A stretch of DNA of 63,820 bases, filler included, from Octopus bimaculoides (GCF_001194135.2; 7 parts of 6 records of this genome joined end to end with filler, not necessarily neighbours in it), one strand, 5' to 3'. Positions 12,601 through 23,026 are shown, numbered from the whole stretch's first letter. A program made the numbers and translations. Notes: a model not told the origin generated them from the letters alone.

Positions 12601-14036
12601 NNNNNNNNNNNNNNNNNNNNNNNNNNNNNNNNNNNNNNNNNNNNNNNNNNNNNNNNNNNNNNNNNNNNNNNNNNNNNNNNNNNNNNNNNNNNNNNNNNNN
12701 NNNNNNNNNNNNNNNNNNNNNNNNNNNNNNNNNNNNNNNNNNNNNNNNNNNNNNNNNNNNNNNNNNNNNNNNNNNNNNNNNNNNNNNNNNNNNNNNNNNN
12801 NNNNNNNNNNNNNNNNNNNNNNNNNNNNNNNNNNNNNNNNNNNNNNNNNNNNNNNNNNNNNNNNNNNNNNNNNNNNNNNNNNNNNNNNNNNNNNNNNNNN
12901 NNNNNNNNNNNNNNNNNNNNNNNNNNNNNNNNNNNNNNNNNNNNNNNNNNNNNNNNNNNNNNNNNNNNNNNNNNNNNNNNNNNNNNNNNNNNAAATTAGC
13001 AGTGGAGGTGGGTGCACTGAAAGCGTAGCTGCTAGAATTAGAATAGCCTGGGCAAAGTTCAGAGAGCTCTTACCTCTGCTGGCGACAAAGGGTCTCTCTC
13101 TCAGAGTAAAAGGCAGATTGTATGACGCATGTGTACGAACAGCCATGCTTCATGGCAGTGAAACATGGGCCGTGACTGCTGAGGACATGCGTAGGCTCAC
13201 AAGGAATGAAGCCAGTATGCTCCGATGGATGTGTAATGTCAGTGTGCATACTAGACAGAGTGTCAGTACCTTGAGAGAAAAGTTGAACTTATGAAGCAAA
13301 AGTTGTAGTGTGCAAGAGAGACGACTGCGCTGGTATGGTCATGTAGGATAGCTGTGTGAAAAAGTGCCACACTTTAACAGTTGAGGGAACCTGTGGAAGA
13401 GGTAGGCCCAGGAAGACCTGGGATGAGGAGGTAAGGCACGACCTTCAAACATTGGGCCTCACCGAGGCGATGACTTCTAACCGAGACCTTTGGAAATNNN
13501 NNNNNNNNNNNNNNNNNNNNNNNNNNNNNNNNNNNNNNNNNNNNNNNNNNNNNNNNNNNNNNNNNNNNNNNNNNNNNNNNNNNNNNNNNNNNNNNNNTGC
13601 TAGCATGGAAAGCGGACTTTAAACGATGATGATGATGATGATGATGACACATCTGTCAAGGGGAAACAGGAATGTCAGGATGGAAAACACAATGTCAGAA
13701 TGAGGAAGGAGCACCCATGCACACACACACATACACACACATGATGGGCTTCTTTCAGTTTCCATGTACCAAATTCACTCATATGACATTTACCCAAGGT
13801 GCCACACAGTGTGACTGAACCTGAAACCACATGGTTGGGAAGCGAACTTCTTAACCACACAACCATACCTGCCATTTTGATGTCTAAATATGTTTCTTTT
13901 ATTCTTTCAGCTTTTAAGGAATTTAAAAATACCTAGCAAGAATCTGAAGAGTTTTTCATGGGACAAAGCTGGATTACGATTAGCAATTGCCTCTGACCAT
14001 TTACTTTACTTTGCCAACATCAAACCAGACTACAAG
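1158..14036 (+). CDS. WDR35: WDR35/IFT121-like gene (IFT-A subunit), partial: nine coding exons encoding the N-terminal WD40 region; 5' exon and 3' part absent from the window
   Basis: Manual splicing of nine AG..GT-bounded exons (118+66+93+99+80+81+160+146+126 = 969 nt) with compatible phases gives 323 codons with no stop. Hallmarks include CVAWNKKHGYIACGGE, LTTSDSNGLIIVW, WNEEMINNR, GERIWGKDL, WSPDEKILLFG and LYFANIKPDYK, which match WDR35 as I recall it. Confidence 0.93.
2430..2715 (+). mobile_element. RTE-LINE 3' UTR fragment ending in (GAT)n
   Basis: Ends CAGCATGGAAAACATGTTAAATGATGATG, matching the 3' end of the RTE copy at 13598-13645. Confidence 0.7.
2873..2938 (+). CDS. WDR35: WDR35 coding exon
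   Basis: ttttgcag|AT...TCAG|gtagtc; (H)DAKQKHRHNVLPLNQNVSGHS(G); phase 1/1; aligns to DAK...MNQTLEGHSG. Confidence 0.85.
3042..3200 (+). mobile_element. tRNA-derived SINE head/core
   Basis: GTGGCTG...GGGTTCAGTCCCACTG (B-box-like)...ACCTTGGGCAAGT...GAAAGAAGC; matches the full copy at 59240. Confidence 0.85.
3280..3412 (-). mobile_element. tRNA-derived SINE head/core
   Basis: Reverse-complement match to the same family. Confidence 0.8.
3832..3934 (-). repeat. Exact inverted copy of SINE segment 3088-3190
   Basis: 103/103 identity by base-by-base comparison. Confidence 0.95.
4661..4753 (+). CDS. WDR35: WDR35 coding exon
   Basis: catgaag|GT...AAAG|gtgagt; (G)CVEMIRWNDTFHRLTTSDSNGLIIVWGILK; 93 nt. 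Confidence 0.92.
5461..5630 (-). mobile_element. SINE 3' half (GACTGAAACAAGTAAAAGAG tail)
   Basis: Reverse complement of 59470-59636. Confidence 0.85.
5830..5928 (+). CDS. WDR35: WDR35 coding exon
   Basis: cctag|AC...GATG|gtgagt; (D)KWNEEMINNRQTGVQDMKWTGSGKMICIVFDD(G); 99 nt. Confidence 0.92.
5955..6407 (+). mobile_element. SINE variant: same head/core but RTE-type 3' tail with (GAT)n
   Basis: The head matches the family; the copy ends GCAAGCATGGAAAAGTGGATGTTAAAATGTGATGATG. Confidence 0.7.
6616..6695 (+). CDS. WDR35: WDR35 coding exon
   Basis: ttttag|GT...GAG|gtttgt; (G)MVIVGTVEGERIWGKDLGEKKLCKVE; 80 nt. Confidence 0.9.
6762..6997. mobile_element. piggyBac-type MITE
   Basis: Termini TAACCCCT...GGTACGAAAAGGGTTAA (TTAA|CCCT...AGGG|TTAA signature); non-coding interior. 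Confidence 0.65.
7101..7495. mobile_element. Second piggyBac-type MITE copy with a nested SINE (about 7262-7446)
   Basis: Starts TTAACCCTTTTGTTACCA; interior collinear with 6762-6997; interrupted by a second SINE family with a degenerate duplicated flank (attataggaccaagg / ataatagaaccaagg). Confidence 0.65.
7520..7790 (-). mobile_element. RTE-LINE 3' UTR fragment
   Basis: (CAT)n-TTAACATCCG...CATGGGTTGG...CTGGATGCTCTTCCTAATGCCAACC family. Confidence 0.8.
7805..8010 (-). mobile_element. Second SINE family copy
   Basis: Reverse-complement similarity to 7262-7446, 21850-21965 and 45640-45840. Confidence 0.6.
8089..8169 (+). CDS. WDR35: WDR35 coding exon
   Basis: gtgcag|TGG...ATT|gtgagt; WSPDEKILLFGLMNGEVCVFDSMGNYI; 81 nt. 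Confidence 0.92.
8255..8780. mobile_element. Cluster of two SINE heads (+) and an RTE 3' fragment (-)
   Basis: Family motifs as above. Confidence 0.65.
9004..9163 (+). CDS. WDR35: WDR35 coding exon (acceptor could alternatively be at 9010)
   Basis: poly-T tract, tttcaaag|TCT...GAGG|gtaagt; SQLNILSHICTSTPLKLVTIDWFKGNYRDPTQACLMIAYHNGHVRIMKSETDE; 160 nt. Confidence 0.85.
9640..9960 (-). mobile_element. RTE 3' UTR fragment; about 235 bp nearly identical to 14160-14395
   Basis: Direct comparison. Confidence 0.8.
11091..11236 (+). CDS. WDR35: WDR35 coding exon
   Basis: ttctag|AT...GAC|gtgagt; (D)PVIIETEMYIEDVSWNPQGSVIAVGGKYNSSESDQDPNFINFYSQSGD; 146 nt. Confidence 0.92.
11300..11720 (-). mobile_element. 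RTE-LINE 3' UTR fragment
   Basis: Its terminal part is the reverse complement of 13598-13640. Confidence 0.8.
11745..13646 (+). mobile_element. 5'-truncated RTE-clade LINE (RT remnant) in a WDR35 intron
   Basis: RT motifs YKGKGD...RGIKLL, QFGFVPGKST, FVDMEKAFD, GVHQGSVLSPLLF, LLYADD; after the gap RIRIAWAKFREL...RRLRWYGHV...GRGRPRKTW; (GAT)n tail; premature stops. Confidence 0.92.
13740..13872 (-). mobile_element. tRNA-SINE head/core
   Basis: Family motif on the reverse strand. Confidence 0.75.
13911..14036 (+). CDS. WDR35: WDR35 coding exon (last one found)
   Basis: ctttcag|CTT...AAG|gttagt; LLRNLKIPSKNLKSFSWDKAGLRLAIASDHLLYFANIKPDYK; 126 nt. Confidence 0.93.
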
Positions 14037-14159
14037 GTTAGTGTTACCATTTCCTCTGCTTGGAATTACCAACATTTCAGGAAAGACTCAAAAGACAATA
14101 TGCGTGTATATGTGGACATGTGTTTGTGTCTGTGATGGTGCGTGTAAATGTCATCATTA

Positions 14160-14395
14160 TCATCATTAAATGTCTGTTTTCCATGCTGGCATGGGTTGGA
14201 TGATTTGACAGGAGCTGGCTAGCTGGACAGCTGCAGCAGTTTTCAGTTATCTGTTTTGGAATGATTTCTATGGCTGGATGCTCTTCCTAATGCCAACCAT
14301 TTTACAGAATGTATTGAGTATGTATTTAACATGGGTACCAACACAGGTACTTTTTTACATGGACCCAGCACAGGTCCTTTTTTATGAGGTGTTTC
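14160..14395 (-). mobile_element. RTE 3' UTR fragment, near-identical to 9641-9880
   Basis: Direct comparison. Confidence 0.8.
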
Positions 14396-15249
14396 GTAAT
14401 TTTTTAGAATTTGTTTACAGCCATTTTTATTAAATTGAAATTAACTCAGTTGTTCTCGTAATTTACAGTAAAATAATTTTGTTAAAGAACTCAAATGTGA
14501 AGAGAGGATAGTATCTATAGCGTTTATTTCTTTCAGCTAAATACAACAAATGAAAGCTACAAAATTTCTTCTGTCTTTAACCATTATGTAAATTGTTTAT
14601 ATATATATATATAGGTATATGATAGGATTATCTTTTAAACAAGCGATATGAAAATAGCCGAATTTGTTTACACACTACAAAATATTCATTTTCTAAGTAT
14701 AATTAAATATGTAAAACATTCCACTTTCTAAGTATAATTAATTATAATTAAATATTAATAAGGTCAGAGTTAGCTCCCTCTTCACCAAAACCTAGAGTTA
14801 CTCACCTTTACTAACACCGCTGGTGCTAAAAGTAAAAGACACGCTTGAATTTTTAAAAATAAACATGTGCGAAATGCGTTTGACCAAAAATGGAACTACG
14901 AGCTTGAACAGCACCCACCCTACCTCTCCTTCAGAGAAAGACTATTAACACAACTCCAACTAAAATGTAAGACTAACTTTACCTAACACTATTCTTATAC
15001 AACTATGTGGATTACTCTATCCACTAACTGTTATTCCTGCATCTCTCACGTCATGAACTTTAACATTCTGAAGAGATCTGCCAAACCATTTGGCACATCG
15101 AAACGATCGTAAATGACTCATTATATGATCTCCACATAATTAAATCAATGGCTAACTAGCCCAACCGACTTGCTTCTTGTGTTTGTTTCTCCATTCTCCA
15201 CTTAACTATATATATATATATATATATATATAATAACTGAGTACACTAT

Positions 15250-15405
15250 GTAAAATGGTTTGCATTAGGAAGGGCATCCAGCCATTGAAAACAAGCCAAC
15301 ACAGACTATGGAAGCTGGTGCAGACTCTGGACTTGCCAGTTCATGTCAAGCCATCCAATCCATGCTGGCATGGAAAATAAGTGCTAAGTGTTGATGATGA
15401 TGATA
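15250..15405 (+). mobile_element. RTE 3' UTR fragment
   Basis: GGCATTAGGAAGGGCATCCAGCC-like motif...CATGCTGGCATGGAAAA...GATGATG. Confidence 0.7.
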
Positions 15406-15755
15406 TAAAGTCTCAGTCTGTGTGTATGTATGTAATATACGTATGTAGTACACGCCTGTTCCTTACTCCATTTTCTTTCTCTGCTTTTTTTCTCTCCTGT
15501 ACTATTCATTCACAAAGAGAGTGTTAGAAACATAAAACACTTTTCCTTCTGCATTATTTACATTTGACGGATATTTGTCCTCATCTTGTTTGTTGTTAAC
15601 ACAATGTTTCAGCTGTTTCACCCTCCAGCCTTCATCAAGTGTCTATTTTTCCTAATTTCCTACAAGTAAATCAAATACAGTTTTTCTTTTTTGTCTGATA
15701 TCTTTTTGTGCTCTTTCTCTCTCTCTTTCTCACTGTCTCTCTATCTCTCTATCTC

Positions 15756-15855
15756 NNNNNNNNNNNNNNNNNNNNNNNNNNNNNNNNNNNNNNNNNNNNT
15801 TAATTAATTAANNNNNNNNNNNNNNNNNNNNNNNNNNNNNNNNNNNNNNNNNNNN
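15756..15855. other. Artificial scaffold-join spacer
   Basis: 44 N + TTAATTAATTAA (stops in all six frames) + 44 N. Confidence 0.95.
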
Positions 15856-16117
15856 GGACCGAAGCCGGCCGCTATGAGGACAGCCTCCAAGTATTGATGG
15901 TCTACCCTATCGAAAGCTTTCGATTGATCTAAATTGATCAGGGCCCCACCCATGCCAGGTTCCTTAACTACCCTCTCTATGATGTAGCGCATCAGATGGA
16001 GGTTGTCATGGATGCTCCTGCCCGGCACCGCGCACGTTTGCGCCTTGCCGATCAGTTTCTCGATGACAAGCGCCAACCGCTTGGCTAACACCTTGGCCAA
16101 AATTTTCAAGTCTGCAT

Positions 16118-16118
<1 letters not shown>
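15856..16118 (-). mobile_element. Tx1/L1-clade LINE RT fragment
   Basis: NADLKILAKVLAKRL...QTCAVPGRSIHDNLHLMR...LDQSKAFDRVDHQYL...GFG; abuts a (GATA)n tract. Confidence 0.9.
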
Positions 16119-16184
<66 letters not shown>

Positions 16185-16202
16185 ATCGATATAGTTATAT
16201 AA

Positions 16203-16792
16203 ATGTAAGATCGAAGGATCGATGTATAGGATGAAGTTGAGCACCAAGCAACTCGTAGGAAATATCAAAAAACAACTTTCAAGAATAACAGTGGGGTTAT
16301 TGTGACGGAAGATTGAGGATTTTTTCCATATTGAAGTGAGGAAAGCTGAAAAAAATTATTCTGTATTTCACGGTTGGCAGCCAGGATTGCCAGGTATGCG
16401 AATAAGAAACCAAAATGAAGGAATGGAGTAGATGAAATCCGGGTTACATATGTTTCATATCGAGCGGAACTTCGGAAGTGGTAAATATCTAAGCGAGGTG
16501 TGTAACGCAGGCTGCTCTTCAGGCCAAGGTGTATAACGCACTTAGCAGCGGTATACACTTCGCTTGGATATTTACCACGTCCGAGGTTCTAGTCGCTATG
16601 AAACGTATATAGCCCGGCTATTATCTACTCCATTTCTTTACTCTATAAAATATTTTTTCAGCTTACCATACTTCGAGACGGAAAAAATCCACAATCTTCC
16701 GTCTCAATAGACTACTATTGTCCCTGAAAATTGTCTTTTATATCTACTACGGTTCGCTTGAAGCTAGCGTTCTTCCTACACCTCGATCCCTA
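16203..16792. mobile_element. Foldback / long-TIR element of unknown class
   Basis: The left half is a degenerate reverse complement of the right half; outer end TAGGGATCGAGGTGTAGG; related copy at 61805-62176. Confidence 0.7.
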
Positions 16793-16796
16793 TATA

Positions 16797-16871
<75 letters not shown>

Positions 16872-17035
16872 TTTTGTTATTTACACCACCTGTCCTCGTC
16901 TGTTGTTATTATTTGTATATTCTCCCATATATATATATATATATATAAACTGTCGCTTCAAATCGGAGAAAAAATATCATTATGATATATATTATATACA
17001 GTTATATTTACATACATACATACATACATGCATAT

Positions 17036-17068
<33 letters not shown>

Positions 17069-17224
17069 TATATATTTATAAGAATTTATCAAGGAGTCAG
17101 CGTGAAAAACCTCATAAGGGAAAAAATTTATAATTATTCCTTTTAAATATATTTGATTTATATTAAGGGCATTACTATATATAAATGCCTCACGCTATGA
17201 GGGACTCTTAAAGTCAAAACTATT

Positions 17225-17295
<71 letters not shown>

Positions 17296-17433
17296 AATCT
17301 AATCTTGGTGGAGCTGAACTGATGATAGGGACCAACATCAGACAATTTGATATAAAAATCGGTGCATCAAAGCTATACCAGATATACCTTGCGATTGTTG
17401 CAAAGGCAAACTTGAAATTATTATTATTATTAC

Positions 17434-17464
<31 letters not shown>

Positions 17465-17465
17465 G

Positions 17466-19757
17466 AGTGAGAGAGCAGTTTATGCCATCAAAGTGACACT
17501 GGGGTAAAATATACGAAGCCCAGTATACCCATCATGACTACCCGTTTGATAAGGGTACACCAGGCACATGCATCACAACCATATGTAAGCGACATGAGGA
17601 TCTCATATCAAGATAGACAGCGCATGACCTTGCAGGTGGGGCCCAGTTAGAATTTTCTTCAGATCGAGTAGCCCATCTCTCTCAAAAGGTCCCTGCATAA
17701 GGGTTGTTTAAGGATGTTGAACGAAACAGCCATGTTTCCAAAAGTGAATTATCCAAAACCCCAAGAATTCCTCTCAACACATGATGCTTCCCCTGGAAAA
17801 TGCCACATGAAATTTCCAGCATTGAGAGATTCGTTGTCACTGTTCAAAGTCAGTGTACTTCTCCATGATCTCATATTTACAGAGAAGTTTCACAGAGTAG
17901 GTGCTATTTTATACATTTCCAGACATTTCTTAATCCAGCTATGTGGTAGACTATCAAAAGCTTTTTTAGAGTCTATCCCAGTTATCGACAAGTTTTTGTG
18001 TCGTTTGTGATAATCTTCCAAGATCATCTTATTGATGAGTAGCTGATCTTTACAACCATAGGACCCACATTTACATCCCTTTTGCTCATTAGGGAATATG
18101 CCACTTTCTATTAAAAAACTATAGGTATATTCAATCAGGACAGATCTTAGTATTTTATACATTGCTTTTAAGCAGGTTATGGGTCTACAATTTTTTGGTC
18201 CATTTGTTTCTTCATTTTTTGGAAGTAGGAATGTTAAACTATTAACAAGCCAAGAAGGCATCATACTAGGATTTTGGAAAACATCGTTGTAAAGTTTTGT
18301 TAGCAGTTCATGGCTCTCTGGGAAGGCATTCAACCAGAAGTTAGGAATTTTATCCTTTCCTTGAGACCCTCATTTGCCTGACTTCCTGAGAGCAGACCTT
18401 ACATCCTCCCACTTTTTCTCTTCTAAGTAGATATTCTATCAATCCAAGGGGCCTTTTTATTGTGTGTTTTTTCTTCTCCCCAAATTCTATTCCAAAATTT
18501 CTGCACTTCTTTTGATAGGACAGACTTTAATGTAACTGGTATTTTCCCTAAATTCCTGTAAAAAATTTTTGGCTTACTTTTGAACATGTTGTTGTTCTTG
18601 AAGAATCTATCGCGCTTTTCATATCTTGCTATGCGGGCAGCTTTAGCACATACATTTTGCTTGATGGTTCTATGCTGGTATCGATGTCAAATATGGTTTT
18701 CATATTATATTTTTCTTTAATTTTCGGTTTTTTGTTGGTTTGATAGTTTTGTCAAATTTAAGGTTTTTCAAACATTCTATGTCAGATCTAAGTAGCTGAA
18801 TTTGATGTTGAATACGCTCTTGCCAAGAAGGCTTTTTGTGAGAATGCTGTCATTTTCTAATCTTTTCACCACATAGAATCGTTGAGATTACCGCAGATGC
18901 ATAGTACAGGTGGTTGAGATCTGTACTATCAACATCATTAGCTGAAATTATATCCTTACGTGCAAGGCGGATTTCACCAATTATTCTCAGGTTTTGGTTA
19001 GAGTTGCGAATTTTGGGGACAGTGTCACTTTCATTCATACTGGTTTCTTTAATTTTCAGCCATTCAAACATGATTTGATTTTTTAGATCATCCAGTTCAA
19101 TTGGATCAACCTCTGTGTGACTTTCTTCATCTTTCATCTGCCTTGGTGCTTATGGTTGGTTTGGAGAGTATTTTCACTTTGCTTATCAGTTACATAGACT
19201 CTTTCTATCATTACTTCATTTTTATTAGACCTGGGTTGGTCAATAATTATTTCCTCAGTATTATCTTCTTCAGCTGCAACTCCGTTCCTTTTATCCCTTA
19301 CAGTCTCTAATTCAGTTAGTAATTTCTTTTTCATAATGTTTCCTCTTACGTTGGCAAGTTTGTTACTGTCTATGTAGGATCTTATTTCAAGCTGCTTCTG
19401 TTTCCAGTTTAGGTAGGTTTATGCAGTATTGAATTTATTTGTGGGGAAATATATGGCATGATAAAAGGCCGTAAGAACTTCTTTATTATCTGCCCTAGAC
19501 CATTTTTCATTCTTTTGCTTTGGTTATTTGATTACGAGCGTGGATAACCATCTGTTGGAATATTCCCGTTGTGGAATACTTCCAGCTCCTGTGTTTCGGG
19601 AAGATTTGAACCAGTACCTGATTTTTCGCACCTAGTCTGGTTCCTGACTGGGGTACGTAGTCCTTGTTGTCTCAGGTGACGGCCGATTTGGTTTGTGCTT
19701 TGCTTTATCATTGACGCATGACGAGCTTGGACGTTGACATTAGGGGACGGATTATTA
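17466..19757 (-). mobile_element. R4/Dong-like (RLE) non-LTR retrotransposon, 5' part and RT domains, decayed; flanked by (TAA)n
   Basis: RT motifs LLPK...PKNCRPITCL, EQKGC...GCKDQLLINK, IDSKKAFDSLPHSWI. Whether 17466-17810 is its 3' UTR or a separate element is uncertain. Confidence 0.82.
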
Positions 19758-19760
19758 ATA

Positions 19761-19821
<61 letters not shown>

Positions 19822-19822
<1 letters not shown>

Positions 19823-21110
19823 GACGTCGCACAGTATACAATATCATGAGGTTGTTGATTGAAGATATTGTGTCTACTGGGGAGTGATACTGTTTGTCAA
19901 GTCACATCAATGACCTCAGACAGGCAGTACTTTATGCAATATGCGTGCTGTTCCAAGTAATGCCGACTTTTGCAATACATCTAGATTGTAGGGTGTTTCT
20001 AAATTTTCAGATGTTTTTTCAGATTGTGTGGTATTGAACGCAATGCTTCGATGACAATAAGGATAACCTTTATGTTTGACTCTCGTAGCTGCCACATCTT
20101 AGCAATCTCAATTCTCAGGTCTCCGTATTTTCTCTTTCTTTCATGATGGTATGTTGATCTTATTGCACTGCCACGACAATCATTAGGCACTCTTGTTTGT
20201 CCCTCCTAACGGTAACGATATCTGGCCTTCGGTGTTCTAATACCTTGTCTTCTGGAAGTCAAAGACCCAGAGGAGTTTTGCCTTCTCCTTTTCGCCCATT
20301 ACCTTGTCTGGTGTATGTTGGTACCAAGCACCCGTAACCTTATATCCATACTTATGGCATAGTAGCCAGTGGATGTTTTGGGCTACTTTGTCGTGTCTAC
20401 GCTTTACCCTTTCTGCGCATGACTTTCACAAACACTAACAATGTGAGTCACACTTTCAACCCTCTTCCCACACATTCTGCAGAGGTCCGATGCACTCGTG
20501 TGGTATATATTCTTTTACACTGAGTTGGTATTCAATGCCTTGTCCTGGGCTGCGATGATTAGGCTTTCAGTATTCCTTTTTAGGTCACCCTTGTTGAGCT
20601 AACCCCATGGTGCTTCTTGTTCTGTTAATTTGTTGGTTTCACAGTGCAACTGACCATGTAATTCCATACTGAGTAAGGTTTCGTCTTTTTCGCTGGTTGT
20701 TTTTGCTTGGAATTCATGAGCACTCTCAAGTCCATTTTTGTTAACTCATTCTACACTAGCAGCATACTGTAGCAGGTCTCGTTTGCTATTTACCAAGTAT
20801 TTTGCCATGTTTCTTCTTTCACTGTTGATGCACTCCCGTGCGTCAATCAGCCCACGTTCACCTTTACCCCTCTTCATGTAGAGCCTGTGTACATTCGTCT
20901 TAGGGTGGAGGGCACCATACATTGTCATTGTCTTCCGGGTAGTTCAATCGAGTTGGTTAATCTCCGTTTATATCCATTTCAGAATGGGTGCACTATAGCG
21001 GATTACAGCAACCATCCATATGTTGATGGCATTCACAAAGTTCCTTGAGCTGAGTTTTGATTTCAAGAGAAGTTTAAGGCACTTGAAATATGTAGTGGTG
21101 ACCTTATCTT
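19822..21110 (-). mobile_element. 5'-truncated R4/Dong-like element (post-RT, CCHC, RLE endonuclease) between two (TAA)n tracts
   Basis: LLKSKLSSRN...GALHPK...RLYMKR..GERGL; CRMC...HI...C; RHDKVA; DLRIEIAKMW; 3' UTR runs into (TAA)n. Confidence 0.88.
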
Positions 21111-21136
21111 TCATTTTACTATTATTATTATTATTA

Positions 21137-21213
<77 letters not shown>

Positions 21214-21434
21214 GTTCAGTAGTTTTATTTTTATAACGTGCTTTCACTTCACTACTGAGCGCAGCTCTGTGCGCCTTGGGTATGTGCTGTGGTTTGCTGT
21301 GGTGCTCTTATGTTTACTGTATTGAAAGTGTTTTCCATAGGATGTGTGCAGTGCCCAGTAGTGCAATTTTCTGTATGTTATATATATTTGTAAGTCCTGG
21401 TGTTTTTGTTATGTATTTGTCTGAATATTTTTTT
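21214..21434 (-). mobile_element. 3' end of a further R4/Dong-like subfamily
   Basis: IQKIALLGTAHILWKTLSIQ* then a short UTR and (AAT)n; 5 differences from 63024-63244. Confidence 0.85.
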
Positions 21435-22029
21435 NNNNNNNNNNNNNNNNNNNNNNNNNNNNNNNNNNNNNNNNNNNNNNNNNNNNNNNNNNNNNNNNNN
21501 NNNNNNNNNNNNNNNNNNNNNNNNNNNNNNNNNNNNNNNNNNNNNNNNNNNNNNNNNNNNNNNNNNNNNNNNNNNNNNNNNNNNNNNNNNNNNNNNNNNN
21601 NNNNNNNNNNNNNNNNNNNNNNNNNNNNNNNNNNNNNNNNNNNNNNNNNNNNNNNNNNNNNNNNNNNNNNNNNNNNNNNNNNNNNNNNNNNNNNNNNNNN
21701 NNNNNNNNNNNNNNNNNNNNNNNNNNNNNNNNNNNNNNNNNNNNNNNNNNNNNNNNNNNNNNNNNNNNNNNNNNNNNNNNNNNNNNNNNNNNNNNNNNNN
21801 NNNNNNNNNNNNNNNNNNNNNNNNNNNNNNNNNNTGTTGTTGCTGTTGTTGTTGTGAGCACAAATTCTGCCGGGGTCGACTTTGCTTTTTATCCTTTCGA
21901 AGGTCAATAAAATAAGTACCAGTGAAACACTGGGGTCAATGCAATCGACTAGTCCCTTCCCTCCAAATTTTATTATCATTATTATTTACTGGGGTTGGGG
22001 GGGGCAAAAGCAGTGTATTCCGATGATGA

Positions 22030-22063
<34 letters not shown>

Positions 22064-22138
22064 GACGATGCAACGCCACCGCTTCAACCAGTTTTATAGC
22101 CTTTAGTTAAGTAGCTGCAACAAGAGCTGCACCATTTA

Positions 22139-22182
<44 letters not shown>

Positions 22183-22867
22183 TTACTATTACTACTACAA
22201 CTACTAGTAGTAGTAGTAGTAGTTGTATTAGTGTTAATAATAATAATTGTTGTTGTTGTTGTTGCTGTTGTTGTTCATGTAATTGCTGTTGATGGTGTTT
22301 TCCTGTAGATACCTTATCAGGACTCTCTCTAGTGTTGGCCCTTACACAGGGTTTTTGTTGCATTAAAAATAACAAAGAAAAGCCTTTGTGATTTGATCAG
22401 CCCCCGGGATTGGGGCAAAAGCAAGATCTGACTCACTGCTTTGCCAATTTGAACTTTACAATGGTGATAGGTTTGTCTGAGTTCTTGTTGTTGTTGTTGC
22501 TGTTGTTGTTCGTGTGTACAATAACCACATCAGCTAAGTCGTAACTCAACGACTTGTCACACGATTTTATGACTGATGCTGAGATACGGCCAGTCAATAA
22601 AACATTTAGTAGACACAATGGTATGTTCGGAAACGATGATACAATGCATAAACCAATATACATACATACATATATACATACATACATACTTACATACATA
22701 CGTACATACATAAATACATACATGTACATATGTACATACATGTATAAATGTATATATATAGAGAGAGAGAGAGACAGAGAGACAAGCAGAGGCAGACTGA
22801 CAGACAGACTGAAACAGAGAGACAGAGATAGATTAGTGGATTGATGTATATATATATATATATATAT

Positions 22868-22967
22868 NNNNNNNNNNNNNNNNNNNNNNNNNNNNNNNNN
22901 NNNNNNNNNNNTTAATTAATTAANNNNNNNNNNNNNNNNNNNNNNNNNNNNNNNNNNNNNNNNNNNN
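22868..22967. other. Artificial scaffold-join spacer
   Basis: 44 N + TTAATTAATTAA + 44 N. Confidence 0.95.

Positions 22968-23026
<59 letters not shown>

Noticed and set aside
15800-15811. TTAATTAATTAA as a regulatory or PacI-like motif
   Set aside because: It is always centred in 44+44 N, so it is an artificial linker.
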